This document shows, piece after piece, positions 41,297 through 53,100 of a stretch of DNA of 64,000 bases. The translations under genes and the position numbers were made by a program. Origin of the DNA: an uncultured Acidobacteriota bacterium (lineage in GTDB: Bacteria > Acidobacteriota > Polarisedimenticolia > J045); the NCBI GenBank assembly GCA_963702425.1, contig CAVPCQ010000032.1, forward strand, positions 169,901 through 233,900, read 5' to 3'. The notes beneath the pieces were generated by a model. That model ran no database searches and was not told the origin of the DNA. It saw nothing but the letters and a program-made list of their open reading frames with translations. How positions within the stretch are numbered: the first letter of the stretch is position 1; each line of letters begins with the position of its first letter.

Positions 41297-43087
41297 TCAC
41301 TCCTGCGGCTGCATCTTCTCGCCGGACTGGCCGTGAATCCTCTTCAGCACGCCCTTGAGCCGGTCGACGACCTCTGCCGGCTGGTAGGGGTTCGCGCCGC
41401 TGCGGCACTGCGGCTCGATCGACTTCGGGACGTCGATGAACATCCGGAGCAGGCGCCAGAGCTGGCCCTGGTACGACTGCTCGACGATCAGGCCGCCCTT
41501 GAGCGAGGCGAAGAAGTCGCGGTAGACCTCCTCGACCACCGGGTAGAGCAGGTACGGGACCAGCAGCTTGACGTCGAGCCCCGCGGCCTGCGCCAGGTGC
41601 AGCGCCTCGCGGCAGACCCCGGCGCTGCTGCCCCAGCTGATCAGCCCGAGCTGGGCCTTGGGGTTCCCCTCGATCACGAACAGGTCCTTGCGGTGCTTCA
41701 GCGGCCCGAACTTCTTGAACCGCTTCTCGTTCATCTTCTCGTGCATGACGCCGCCGGCCACCGGGCCGCCGACCTCGTTGTGCTCGATGCCGGAGCTGAG
41801 GTAGTTGCCGCCCAGCATCCCGGGGTGGCTGATCGGGCTGATCCCCGACTCGGTGAAGCGGAAGCGGACGTAGTCCTCCAGCTCCGCGGCGTTCGGCTGC
41901 AGCCGCTCGACCAGCTTGAACCGGCTGGTGTCGATCGGGTCGACGATCTCTTTGCGCTGCGCAATCTCCTGGTCGCTGAGCACGATCACCGGCGTCTGAT
42001 ACTGCTCGGCGAGGTTGAACGCCTCGACCGTGACGTCGAAGGTGTCGGCCACCGTCGTCGGTGCCAGCACCGGCCGCATGACGTCGCCGTGCGCCGAGAA
42101 GACCGCCGCGAAGAGGTCGCCCTGCTCGGACTTGGTCGGGAGGCCGGTGGACGGCCCGCCGCGCTGCACGTCGATGATCACCAGCGGCAGCTCGGCGATC
42201 GTCGCCAGGCCGATGATCTCGGTCTTCAGCGAGAGGCCCGGGCCGGAGGTCGCGGTCATCGCCTTCTTACCGGCGAACGAAGCGCCGACCGCGGCGCCGA
42301 TGCCGGCGATCTCGTCCTCGGCCTGAAGCACCGCGCCGCCGTAACTCCAGACGTGACTGGAGAAGAACTGCATCACCTCCGTCGACGGCGTGATCGGGTA
42401 GCCGCCGAAGAACTGGCAGCCGGCGAAGATCGCGGCCGCCGCGCTCATGTCGTTCCCGTCGGTCAGCAGCAGGTGCTTGCGCTCGGTCTCCTGCAGCGCG
42501 ATCGTCATGTCATGGATGAGTGGATGCGTCTTGGCGAACTCGACTCCGGCATCGAAGGCGCGTTCGTTGGCCTCGACCAGCTCGGCTCCCTTCTTCTCCA
42601 GCTTCTTCCGGATCCCGCCCATCAGCGCCTCGCGCCCGAGACCGAACCAGCCGGAGAACAGGCCCAGCACGACGGTGTTCTTGGCCCGCTCGGTGCCGGC
42701 GGCCTTCTTCGCCAGCTCGCCGAACGGCACAGCGATCGCCTGCGCCGGCGTGACGCCGACCAGCGGCAGCTGGTCGGGCGCGGTCCCGGTCTTCTCCTCG
42801 TAGAGGACGATGGTGTTGCCGAGGACCGGCAGCTCTCCACCGAACTTCATGAAGTCTTCCCAGTTCAACGCGACCGCGACGTCCAGCCCTCCGCCGGGGT
42901 TGAGCACCGGCCGCGTCGAGAGCCGCACGCGGCACGACGACTCGCCGCCGCGGATCTGCGAGCCGAAGCTCTTGGTCATGATCCCGTGGTAGCCCTCGCG
43001 GGCCGCTCCCGCGATCAGGAACTCGCCGGCGGAGACGATCCCGTCGCCCCCCGAGCCGGCCATGCCGATGACCAGGTCGTCTCTCAT
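41297..43087 (-). CDS. korA: 2-oxoacid:ferredoxin oxidoreductase alpha subunit (gamma-fused)
   Basis: GSGGDG, QIRGG, GYPITPS, QAEDE, TSGPG, QRGGPSTGLPTK. Confidence 0.95.
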   Translation of the reverse strand: MRDDLVIGMAGSGGDGIVSAGEFLIAGAAREGYHGIMTKSFGSQIRGGESSCRVRLSTRPVLNPGGGLDVAVALNWEDFMKFGGELPVLGNTIVLYEEKTGTAPDQLPLVGVTPAQAIAVPFGELAKKAAGTERAKNTVVLGLFSGWFGLGREALMGGIRKKLEKKGAELVEANERAFDAGVEFAKTHPLIHDMTIALQETERKHLLLTDGNDMSAAAAIFAGCQFFGGYPITPSTEVMQFFSSHVWSYGGAVLQAEDEIAGIGAAVGASFAGKKAMTATSGPGLSLKTEIIGLATIAELPLVIIDVQRGGPSTGLPTKSEQGDLFAAVFSAHGDVMRPVLAPTTVADTFDVTVEAFNLAEQYQTPVIVLSDQEIAQRKEIVDPIDTSRFKLVERLQPNAAELEDYVRFRFTESGISPISHPGMLGGNYLSSGIEHNEVGGPVAGGVMHEKMNEKRFKKFGPLKHRKDLFVIEGNPKAQLGLISWGSSAGVCREALHLAQAAGLDVKLLVPYLLYPVVEEVYRDFFASLKGGLIVEQSYQGQLWRLLRMFIDVPKSIEPQCRSGANPYQPAEVVDRLKGVLKRIHGQSGEKMQPQE

Positions 43088-43354
43088 GTCCTACCCCGTG
43101 GATGGCCGCCCCGGCGTTCGGCGCGGAGGAACGCGTCCGGAGACGCGCGCCGCGCCGAGCGAGGCAGCGGAATCGGCAGTTTGCGGGAAGGGGCCCTCAC
43201 GCCGCAAGCGGAAAGGTAAGTCTCCACCCCCGGAAGGGCGGGCAGGCGCGCCGTTCGCTCGTTTACTTGTTGCGTGAATGAAGTTACTTTCACCGCCGCA
43301 GGGTGAAGGCGACCGGCCTTTCCCGGCGCGGGCCGGACTCGGGCCGGACGCGCG

Positions 43355-44680
43355 TCAGCTCCGCTCCAGCCGGACCACGGTCTCGGCGTGCCGCGTCTGC
43401 GGGAACATGTCGACCTGCACGATCTCCGCCGGCCGATAGCCGCCCGACGCGAGCACGGCGAGATCCCGCGCGAGCGACGCGATCGAGCAGGAGACGAGGA
43501 CGATCCGCGCCGGTCCGCCGCCCGCCCGCCCGCCCGCGAGGTCGTGCGCCAGCGGGCCCAGTCCGGTGCGCGGCGGATCGGCGACGAGCACGTCCCACGG
43601 GTCTGCGCGACGGGCCTGCCACGTCGCGCGCGCGTCGCCGGGCGAGAGGCTCAGCGATCCGCGCGAAGCGGGCGGCCGCTCGGGCGGTGCGGGCAGGCCC
43701 GGGAGCCGCGCCGCGGCGCGCACCGCCGCCTCGCTCTCCTCGAAGGCCTCGACGCGAGCCCCCGCGGCGGCCATCGGCCAGCTGAGAAACCCGGAGCCGG
43801 CATACAGCTCGAGCAGGCGCGGCCCGTCCGCAGCGCCTGCCATGCGGGCCACCTCGTCGGCCAGCAGGTCGCCGGCCGCGAGGTTGGATTGCAGGAACCC
43901 GCGCGCCGCGACCGCGATCGGCCGGCCGGCCGGCGTCGCGCCGAGGATCGAGGAGGCGCCGAGCAGCGCGGGCCGCGCGTCGCCGCGCGGCAGGCTGACC
44001 GCGATCCCGGCCAGCCCGCAGGCGTCGTCGCGAAGCAGCGACTCGCCGATCGCCGGCCACGTCGCCGGCGGCAGGTCGCGCGGGTTGAGCGTCAGCAGCG
44101 CGCCGGGCGCGCCGGGCAGGACGGTCAGCTCGAAGCCGGTCAGGTCGGGCGGAGCGAGCCGGAACAGCGCGTCGCGCAGCGCGCGATAGGCGTCGGCGAG
44201 CGGCGGCGCGAGCAGCGGGCACTCCGGCACGTCGACGACGCGCCAGTGGCCCAGCCCGTGGAAGCCGATCGTCGGCGCCTCGTCCTTGAATCCGGACTGG
44301 AAGCGCGCGCGCCAGCGGTAACCCAGCGCGTGCGGCGAGGCGACCCGCCGCACCGGGAGATCGAGCGCGTCGAGGTCCAGGCCGCGCGCTGCCGCCTGCT
44401 CGCCCAGCAGGCGCGCGCGCCAGGCCGACTGGGTCGCTTCTTCGAGGTGCAGCCAGTGGCAGCCGCCGCACTGCTGCGCCAGCGCGCACGGCGGCTCGCG
44501 CCGCCCCGGGCCGCGCTCGAGCGTGGCGACGACCTCGGCCCAGCCCTCGCGTTGCGGTGCGGGCGCCGCCTCGACCCGGTCGCCCGGGGCCGCGCCGTAG
44601 AGGTTCCAGCGCGCGCCGTCGTCGTCGCGCCCCGTGAACCACCCCCCGGCGCCCGGGCGCTCGACGCGGACGCGGATCAG
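43355..44680 (-). CDS. rlmD: RlmD/TrmA-family RNA m5U methyltransferase
   Basis: TRAM-like N-terminus, CxxxxxCGGC, ELYAGSG, DPPRTG, VSC..ASLARD, DMFPQT; start unclear. Confidence 0.82.
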   Translation of the reverse strand: MIRVRVERPGAGGWFTGRDDDGARWNLYGAAPGDRVEAAPAPQREGWAEVVATLERGPGRREPPCALAQQCGGCHWLHLEEATQSAWRARLLGEQAAARGLDLDALDLPVRRVASPHALGYRWRARFQSGFKDEAPTIGFHGLGHWRVVDVPECPLLAPPLADAYRALRDALFRLAPPDLTGFELTVLPGAPGALLTLNPRDLPPATWPAIGESLLRDDACGLAGIAVSLPRGDARPALLGASSILGATPAGRPIAVAARGFLQSNLAAGDLLADEVARMAGAADGPRLLELYAGSGFLSWPMAAAGARVEAFEESEAAVRAAARLPGLPAPPERPPASRGSLSLSPGDARATWQARRADPWDVLVADPPRTGLGPLAHDLAGGRAGGGPARIVLVSCSIASLARDLAVLASGGYRPAEIVQVDMFPQTRHAETVVRLERS

Positions 44681-45140
44681 CGGGCGCCTCCCGGCGGCTT
44701 CTCCGCGCCGGGCAGGAACTGCAGGATCGCCGACGCGCGCAGCGTCTTGCCGGACTCCGATGTCGCCTCGGCCTGGACGTTGATCGCCTCGCCGGTCGCC
44801 GCAGTCCGGGACCTTCAGCGTGACCACCGCATCGCGCCGCGCCGGCTTGAGCGCAACGCGCGTCGGCTCCGTGCCGACGAAGCCGATCGCCAGCGCGACG
44901 ATCGGCTCGGCCGCGTTGACCGTGACCGCGATCTCCGCGCCGCGCGCCGCCTTGTCCGGCGAAAGGTGAAGGTGCAGGCCGCGGGAGGCGCTGTGGGCGC
45001 GCGCCGGGACCGAGCGCCGCCACTGCGAGCGCTACGGGGACAGCAACCGTAAGCCAGATAGTCGGCCGCAGGAGCCAGTGGCGATGTGTTCCTTGGCCGA
45101 CTAACTGGCTTACGGTTGCTGTCCCCGTCCCGCGCCGCAC
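44677..45140 (-). CDS. Small exported hypothetical protein with frameshifts; a palindromic repeat lies in its N-terminus
   Basis: GGAG RBS and GTG 5 nt after the upstream stop; GLHLHLSPDKAARGAEIAVTV...AINVQAEATSESGKTLRASAIL across frames. Confidence 0.55.
45034..45128. repeat. Palindromic repeat family B, copy 2
   Basis: 24-bp perfect inverted repeat acggggacagcaaccgtaagccag (45034-45057 / 45105-45128) extended by tagtcggcc/ggccgacta. Confidence 0.85.
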
Positions 45141-45144
45141 GGCG

Positions 45145-48100
45145 TCACTCCACCTTGTAGAAGTAGCTCGTGCCGTCGCCGAGAACGGGGTCGTCGTAGC
45201 TCCGCGCGGTCGACCCGTCGAGCAGCGTCGTCACCCCTGCCGTGAACTGCGCGTCCTCCGCGCGGATCAGCCGGAACGGCGCCGCCCCGCCCGTCCACGC
45301 GAGATGCACGGCGCCGGCAGCCGCGTTGCGTGAAACCGCGAGCGCGACGGCTGCGACCGGCAGCGCCGCGCGCACCCGCACGGTGGCCGTCATGTACGGC
45401 GTCAGCTCGACCACCACCGCCCCACCGTCCATCGCCAGCGGCACGCCCCCCTCCTCGTCCTGCTCGACGAGCAGCGGCGCGGAGAGCGCGAAGACATCGG
45501 AGGTGACCCGCGCCGTCGTCGCGGCGCCGGTCAGCTCGGTCATCCGCAGGATGATCCCGTCGCCATCATCGGCGCGCTTGACGGTGTAGAGCAGGACACC
45601 GGGCGCGTCGACGGCGAAGAACGAGGCCTGCTCGGCCGGCAGCGAGCCGGGGCGGGCCGCGACGTGCCGCGCCAGCGGCGCGTTGAGCGCCTCGAAGCCG
45701 AATCGACTCGCCGCCACCGGGTCGAACGCCGGGGGCACGCCGCGCAGGGTGTGCGTGAAGCGGAGCGTCGGTGCGGTGTCCGGCTCCATCACGAAGGAGC
45801 CGATCGTGCCGCCCGAGTACTCGTACTCGTCGGAGCGGTCGAACATCCGCGACAGCACGAGCCCGCTGCCGAGCGACGGCGCCGGCGGCGTGAGCTGCTT
45901 GAACTTCTCCAGGTGGTGCGCGTCGACGCTGTCGATCGCGTAGAGCACGCCGCCGTTGGTGTCGAACAGGCCCAGCGTGTGCTCGACGTTGTGCCAGTCG
46001 AAGTAGTTGTCGCGCGGGAAGCCGTCCTGAGGGTAGCGCAGGAAGCGGGTCGTCGTCTCGCTGTAGACCGAGAGGTTCTTCACGTTGAAGGGCAGCGTCA
46101 CCGTGTACCAGCGGAAGCCGGTGGCGTTGTTGACGTAGGGCGTCGCATTGCGGTTGATGACGTTGTCGAACTCGACCCGATCCTCGCCGCGCCGGAGCCG
46201 GTAGACGCTCGAGACGTGCGGCGTCCCGGTGCGCGTCACCTGCAGCTCGGCCAGGAGGGGCCCGGCGCTGCGGATCGCCACCGTCGCCCCACCGACCGCG
46301 CTCGGCGTCGGCGCCCGGCCGGACTGAACGTCGGCCTTCGTGCTGGAGGCGAGGCGGTTGAAGCGGTAGGTCGTCGCGGGGTCGATCAGCGAGCGTCCCG
46401 TGGCCTTCTCGACGAGCGTGGTCACGGAGCCGTCGGACAGGATCCACGACCAGCCGGTAGAAGTCGTTCTCCAGCGTCGTCGCGGTGACCTGCAGCATCC
46501 CGGAGGGGGTCGCCGTCGGCGCGCCCGGCACGAGATCGTAGACGCGGTAGCCGACGGCCGGAAGGCCGAGCGCGTGGAAGGCGATCTCCGAGGTCGCGTC
46601 GAAGCGCTGGTACGGAAGCTCCTCGCCCGTGGTGCGGTCCACGACGCGGAACGCGGTCGCGTAGAGCGCTGCCGGGAGCGCGACGCGCGCCCAGCCGTCG
46701 CGCGCCCGGCCGAGCGGGTTGCTGACGATCACCGCGTCGCCCGCGGCCGGGACCTGCGCCGTGAACCGCTGGAGCCCTTCGGCCTGCAGCGACGCCGTGG
46801 TCTCGCTGGCCTCGACCGCGTAGGAGAGGTGGATCCGGTTGTTGCGGTCCATCTCCTCCGGCGTGAAGTAGCCGGGCCAGCCGCCGGCGCCGGAGTGTTC
46901 GTCCACCTCGAGCATCCGCCGGTAGGCGTGGTCGACGTCGGCCTGCGGCACCGGGAGCCCGTCCACGAGCGATCCCGCAGCCAGCAGCGCCTCGGCGGCG
47001 CGGGCCTCGCGGTGCGCCTGGCGCACCATCCGCTCGGTGTGCGGCGCGTCCGCGTGGCTCCCCGACCAGGCCGCGCCGAAGTCGCCCGAGAACGACGGGA
47101 AGGCGTCGGCCCCGTACTTCGCCAGCATCAGGTCGAGGAACTCCTCGGGCGTCGCCAGCACGAACTTCGGCGTCTGGTAGGTGGCGTTCCACTGGTTGAC
47201 CAGGTCGCGGACCTTGAACCCCTGGTAGTGGTTGTCGAAGGCCCGCATCAGCATCAGCTCGGGGTACGGGTAGCCCAGCTCCTCCAGCTCGGGCAGCTTC
47301 TTGCCGGTCTTGTTGCGGATGTCCGCGATCGTGTCGAAGAACGAGAAGCCCCAGTCGAAGGCCTCGGCGTAGGCGTCGAAGGTGTGCCAGGTCAGCACGC
47401 GGCTGCCGTCGGGCCCGACCCACCAGAACGGCCGCTCGCCGTGGTGCGGGTGCTGGACCTTGCCGCCGAACGGCGTGTTCATTCCGGCGAGGAAGTACGT
47501 CGATCCCGCTGCGGGCGAGCAGCTCCGGCAGCGCGAAGGTCGAGCCGGGGACGTCGTCGGTGATCCAGGTCCGGAGCGGCACCCCGTGCTCGCGCGCGAA
47601 GCGCGAGGACCAGTAGAGGTTGCGCGTCAGCTCCTCGTGGCCCGCGGTCGTGGTGTGCAGGGAGTCGTAGCCGGCGCCCAGCGACAGGCGTCCGCTGCGG
47701 AGCCAGCTGACCATGGTCTCCTGCTCGGCCGCGGTGGAGCGCTCCCACCAGCGCGCCAGGTACCACGACTCCTCGATCATGAAGCGGTACGCGGGGTCGG
47801 CGGCGAGGTTGGCCAGCACCTGGTCGAGCGAGGTCTTGGCGAAGGTCTCGATGTCGTCGGGCGGCTCGGTGAAGCCGATGTCGAGGTGGCTCCACTCGGC
47901 GAGGTAGATCGTCTTGACGGTCGACGCGACCCCCTCCGACGTGTCGCCGAAGGCGTCGAGGTCGTCGATCCAGGTCTCGTTCCCCTTCGGCCCGTCGGTC
48001 GTCAGCTCGAAGCGGTGCACGCGGGCGAGCGTGTCGTTCTCGTCGGTGAACTCCAGCGTCCAGCCCGCAGGCTCGGAGCCCGCGGAGCCGGACCAGACGC

Positions 48101-48686
48101 GCGCACGGACGAGCGGGTGCGAGGCCCCCGGCTGGATCGCGAGGCGGATCCAGCGCTTCTGGTTGAGCGGGATCACGGCGGTCCCGGTGGCTGCTTTCTG
48201 GACGTATGCGCCGTTCTCGGTCCGCCAGAGCGAGATGGCGCCCGCGCTGTCGACGCGCAGCCGGTACTTTTTCAGCGTCGGCGCGCGCTGTTCGACCTCG
48301 AGGTCGAAGTAGTAGGCGGTCGCCCAGCTCGGTGCGATATTCGAAGGCGATCGAGAAGGTCGTCGCCGTCGCGGGCACGACGTGATGGCGCGCCCAGTGC
48401 TTGGTCGGGGAAGTGGGAGAGGGACCCTTGCCGTCCGCGTAGAGGCTCGTGTCGCCGCCGTCGGCGATCCGCGTCCAGGGCGACGGCTGGCCGAGGCCGT
48501 TCCCCTGCTCCCAGTCGGCGTCCAGCTCGGCCTCGAAGTTGGCGGTGTAGAGCGAGCCGGAGCCGGGGGTGTAGGCGTGGGCCGGACGGGCCGAGGTCCG
48601 GCGAGCAGCGCGGCGGCGGCCAGGCCGGCGAGGAGGCCGGCGCCGGGGCGGAATCGGCTCGCGCGGCGGGCGGGACGGGTGGGCAT
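45145..48686 (-). CDS. Secreted GH38-like glycoside hydrolase with N-terminal beta-sandwich and C-terminal Ig-like domain (several frameshifts)
   Basis: WSHLDIGF, DDVPG, PFWWVGPDGSRVL, DEH, SNPL..ARD, LENDFYRL, VKRADDGDGIILRM.E. Confidence 0.82.
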
Positions 48687-48807
48687 CGCGGAATCCCCGG
48701 GGGCGGCGATGAATGTACCGCGACTGCCGCCTCCGGGGGCCCGGCGCAGGCGTCCGGAGTCGGGCAGGGTCTGACCGCGCGCGACCGCATGCGGACAGTG
48801 ATGCTCC

Positions 48808-50012
48808 TGTCCTTCGCCACAATCGAGTCCGCGCACTGCTGATAGCTCACGCGGCGTGGAATGGCAGGCAGAGACGCCGGCCGAACGCGCCCCTCGGTCT
48901 GCCGGCGACGATCATGCCCACCGGCTGACAGAGATCGCGGCGGTCTGCCTTCCGCAACGGCAGACGCCCTCCACGACGAGACCGCGGCGATGGGCTGGTC
49001 GGGCGGAAGCGCCAGGCCGCGCGGCGCCAAGCGTAGCGATGATGAAGACCGCCGAGGCGAGGCAGAGCGATGATTTCGGCGGCTGGATGCGGCTTCGACT
49101 CCACGGCTCGCACTGCGGGCGCATCCTTCTCCAAAGACAAGTGCGTCCGGTCGTTGGGGTAGTACGAGGCGAAGCAGGCCAGAAGGCGCTGGAGGTGTTT
49201 CTCGTTGAGGACGATGACGTGGTCGAGGAGCTCGCGGCGTGCGGTGCCTACGAACCTCTCGGCGACTCCGTTCTGCCAGGGACTGCGAGCCGTGATCTGC
49301 TTTGGTTCGATGCTCATGTGGCGGATCGCGGTGAGGACCGCGTGGCCGTACTTGGCGTCACGGTCGAGGATCAGGTAGCGCGGTGCCTGGTCGTAGGGGA
49401 ACGCCTCGCGGAGTTGCTGCGTGATCCAGGCCGCCGTCGGATGGGTGGTGACACGGAAGTGCATCAGCTCGCGCCGAGCGTGGTGGACGACGAAGAAGAC
49501 GTAGAGCACGCGGAACGTGGCGGTGGGGACGGTGAAGAAGTCGATCGCGGCGATGCCCTCGCGGTGGTTGGCGAGAAAGGTGCGCCATCGTTGCCGTTCG
49601 TCGGGATGGGCCGAGCGCCGGGGCATGGTGCGCGAAACGGTGCGCTCGGAGACCTCAAGGCCGAGCTTCCGGACCTCGCCGTGGATGCGCGGCGCACCCC
49701 ACGATCGCGGCCAGCAGCGGCGCAGGGTAAGCCAGAAGAACCGATCGGACGCGCGGAGACGAGGTCGAGGGTGCTTCCGTCGGAGTACGGCAAGCTGCTA
49801 TCGGAGCGCGAGGTTTTCCAGGATCAGGTCGGCCCGGTTGGCGAAGATCGCGAGGAGAGCCTGGGCGACTGCCAGAGCGTGGTAGAGCATCCACGCACGA
49901 TGACGGCGGTCGGGACGGAGGGCAACCGGACTCGTCCGCGGGCGCTTCGGGTATCCTGCACAGGAGCGCAACTCGTTCAGGAGCAAGGCGGACGGGGATG
50001 TGGCGAGGCACA
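48808..50012 (-). mobile_element. rve-integrase IS (IS481/IS3-like), internally deleted copy 1
   Basis: 25-bp imperfect IRs tgtccttcgccacaatcgagtccgc (48808) and gcggacggggatgtggcgaggcaca (to 50012); no target duplication seen. Confidence 0.88.
48847..49890 (-). pseudogene. DDE integrase-core transposase lacking about 160 nt relative to copy 2
   Basis: ENLALR, AIDFFTV, LILDRD, SPWQNGVAERFVGT, LGGLHHRY; deletion junction near 49703. Confidence 0.85.
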
Positions 50013-50139
50013 GGTGGCCGCATACGCCGGCGCGTGTCGAGCCACGTCGCTCCGACGATCCACCGTCCCGATTCCCAGCGCAGCTAATGCCCGCGGTGCG
50101 GCGGGAACGTAGTCCCCCGCGTCGTGCTGTTCCATCGCC

Positions 50140-53100
50140 CTATCGCACGCCACGTTCGCACACGCCGGGGCGCAGGCGAAGCGTTCCCGTTGCCCCTCGC
50201 GATGCTGCGCCCGTGTTGCCGCCACAGTCGCCGGCTACGACGCGAAGCTCCGGCGCGTGGACCTCGCTCCAGCCGCAGGGGGCGGTCTCCCGGCACAGCG
50301 TCTCGACCGACAGCAGAAGAACCTCGTCGGAAAGCACTCCGTCCCGGTCGCCGTCCTCGAGCCCGTCGTAGAGCGTGCAGGCTGTCCCGAGCCGGGCGTC
50401 GCGGAGTTCCACCCACTCGTGAACGACCCCGCCCGCGGCCCCGTCGTCGTCGCTGCTCGTGAACGTGAACGGCAAGCCGCCGCTCACGGGCAGGGCAAGG
50501 AGATCGAGCGTCGAGGTGATCGCCACAGAAGGGGCGACGAGGTCGATCGTGAAGCGCACGCCGCTGCGGGCCTCGTTTCCCCGCTCGTCTGTCGCGGCGA
50601 GCGAAACGGCGTAGTCCCCCTGCTCCGAATAGACGCCGACCCCCGGCGTGAATACGCGGCTGACCGCGCCGCCGCAGCGGTCCGTGAAGTCGTCCCTCAC
50701 CACCACGGGAGTCTCGGCCGGGCCGAAGCAGAACCCCTCGCCCGGACTCGTGATGGCACCGTCCGGCGGTAGCGTGTCCTTTACCAGGATCCGGGTCGAG
50801 TCGGTGTCGGTCATGCCCGTTCGGTCGCGCACCGTAAGCTGGACGGTGTGATCGCCGAGCGGGAACGGGAACTGGACGACGTCGCCCGTCCCCAGCGCCT
50901 GCTCCCCCTCGCTCCAGGCGTAGGACGCGATGTCGTCGCGCGTGCCGGGCGTGGAGTCCGAGTCGCTCGATCCCGTGCCGTCGAGCAGCGCGGTGGCCGA
51001 CAGGCCGCCGTCGCACTCGAGCGTCTGGTCGAGCCCTGCGGCAGCGACCGGCCCGGCGTTCTCCCCCCGCGCCACCTCGAATAGCCACACGCCCAACTCC
51101 CCGAGGCCGGTGAAGATCTCGGATCGGCCGTCACCGTCGAGATCGCCGACGATCGGTGCACGGCCGCCCCCGCCCAGGTTTCCCAGCCGGCCGCTGCGCC
51201 AGAGCGGCGCGACCGGATCCTCGCGATCGTAGATGCGCAGTTCGGAGTCGACGGTCAGCACGTACTCGGGCTTCGCGTCGCCGTCGAGATCCGCCACGCG
51301 CGGCGCCAGTCCCGACGCCCAGAAGGTCCCGAACGTGCGCTTTCGTTGACCCGCGGTGTCGTAGACCGCGATCGTTCCGAAGTCCTCCACGACGACGAGG
51401 TCGCGCAGCCCATCGCCGTCTTCATCGACGAGATCGAAGTATGTAGCACCCGGTTGCTCGACCAGGACGGAGGTCGAGTGATCGAGGCCATCGACGCTCA
51501 CGATCCCTCGTCCTCTCGCGGGCGCGAATATCTCGAGCGCGGGATCGTCGTCGAGCTGCGCGATGTGGACGACCGGGATGGCCGCGTAGCGGCCGAAGCC
51601 TTCGCTGTGCCACTCCTCCACCCCGGTCGCCCCGTCGAAGACGCGGAGCCGGCCCTCCACGCCGAATGCATAGCCCCTGGTTCCCGCAACGACCTCGAGC
51701 GAACCGTCACCGTCCACGTCCCCGGTCGCCAGCGCGTGCGCCGCCTCGCCGTCAGACAACTCGCTGCGCCATTGCCGCTCATGCGTCCGTCCATCGAAGC
51801 AATCGAGGACGCCGGTGAACAGGACGCTGGAGTTGACGAAGACCTCGGCCTGCGGATCGTCGTCGACGTTTGCATGAACCAGCGCTTGCGGGGCGAGCCA
51901 GTCGGAATTCGAGGGCGGCGGGCTCTCGAACTCGAGTCGTCTCGAGATGAGGTCCCGGACGAACCAGCGTCCCGCGCCGAAGGTCGACAGCGGGCTGCCG
52001 TAGACGACCTCGGGTGTGCCATCCGCGTCGATGTCGCCAGCATCGAGCTCGAAGAGCCCTGGAAGCGGCTCGCTGCGCCACTCGATCTCCCCGGTCGCGC
52101 AGTCCGCCGTGAAGAGCTGCGAGTTCGCCCAGATCAGTTCGTTCGTTCCATCCCAGTCGGGATCGCCGAGTGCGATGGCGTGACTGCCGTAGCCCGGATT
52201 TTCGACCGAGCACTTCTCGGCGCCGCTGCTTCCTTCAAGAACGTGGACTCTGCCCGGTCCCTCGTCGCTGTACACGATATCCGGCGTCCCGTCCGCCTCG
52301 AGATCTCCGAGCTGCACGGCCGCCAGTCCCTGGGGGACCGGGACTCGGTACTTCTCCCGGCGCAGTGCCCCGCTCCAGACCGTCAGTTCATTGGCCGCCG
52401 TGTCGACGATCTCCGTCCCACCGTCTCCGTCGACGTCGCCCAGACGGATCTGGCTACCGAACCCACCTGGGTTGACCCACTCGATCTCGTGCGTGCGACT
52501 GTCGATCACGAGGCCGTAGTCGTTGCCGGCGACGATCTCGAGCGTGCCGTCGCCGTCCACGTCCCCGATCTCGAAGGGACCGGTCAGTCCGAACCACGCG
52601 ATCCTGGACTCGAACGCGCCGGTCATGAGGTCGTAGATGTTCACGCTGCGGCCCCGCTCGAGCACGACGCCCTCGAGACTGCCGTCTTCGTCGATGTCGA
52701 CTACGTGAAGGTCACCGGGCCATGAGCCGGTCGGGATCGACGTGATCGGTTCCAGGGTCCTGCTGTCGTACGCGGTGATCTTCCAATCGGACAGGACGAC
52801 GACATCCAGCCTACCGTCCCTGTCCACGTCGGCCACACAGAGGGACGTGATCTCGGGGTCGGTCGGCGGGAAAACGAGCGGACGCGAGAGCTGCTGCAGG
52901 AAGCCGGGGCCGCCGGGACGCAGGCTCCACCAGGCGTCCGCCGCGGTGTAGCCGAGGGACGAGGCGCTCGCGACGAGCTCGCTCGAGGCGTCCCCGTCGA
53001 GGTCCGCAAGGAGCAGTGCCACGCCGCCGACGCCTGAGCCGAGGTAGCCGTACTGCCATTCGACAACCGCGCGGATGCCACCGCCCGCGGCCGTCGCTGC

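Noticed and set aside
43262-43295. Rex-like operator upstream of korA
   Set aside because: AT-rich with GTGAA...TTCAC, but spacing and flanks do not fit TTGTGAA-N4-TTCACAA
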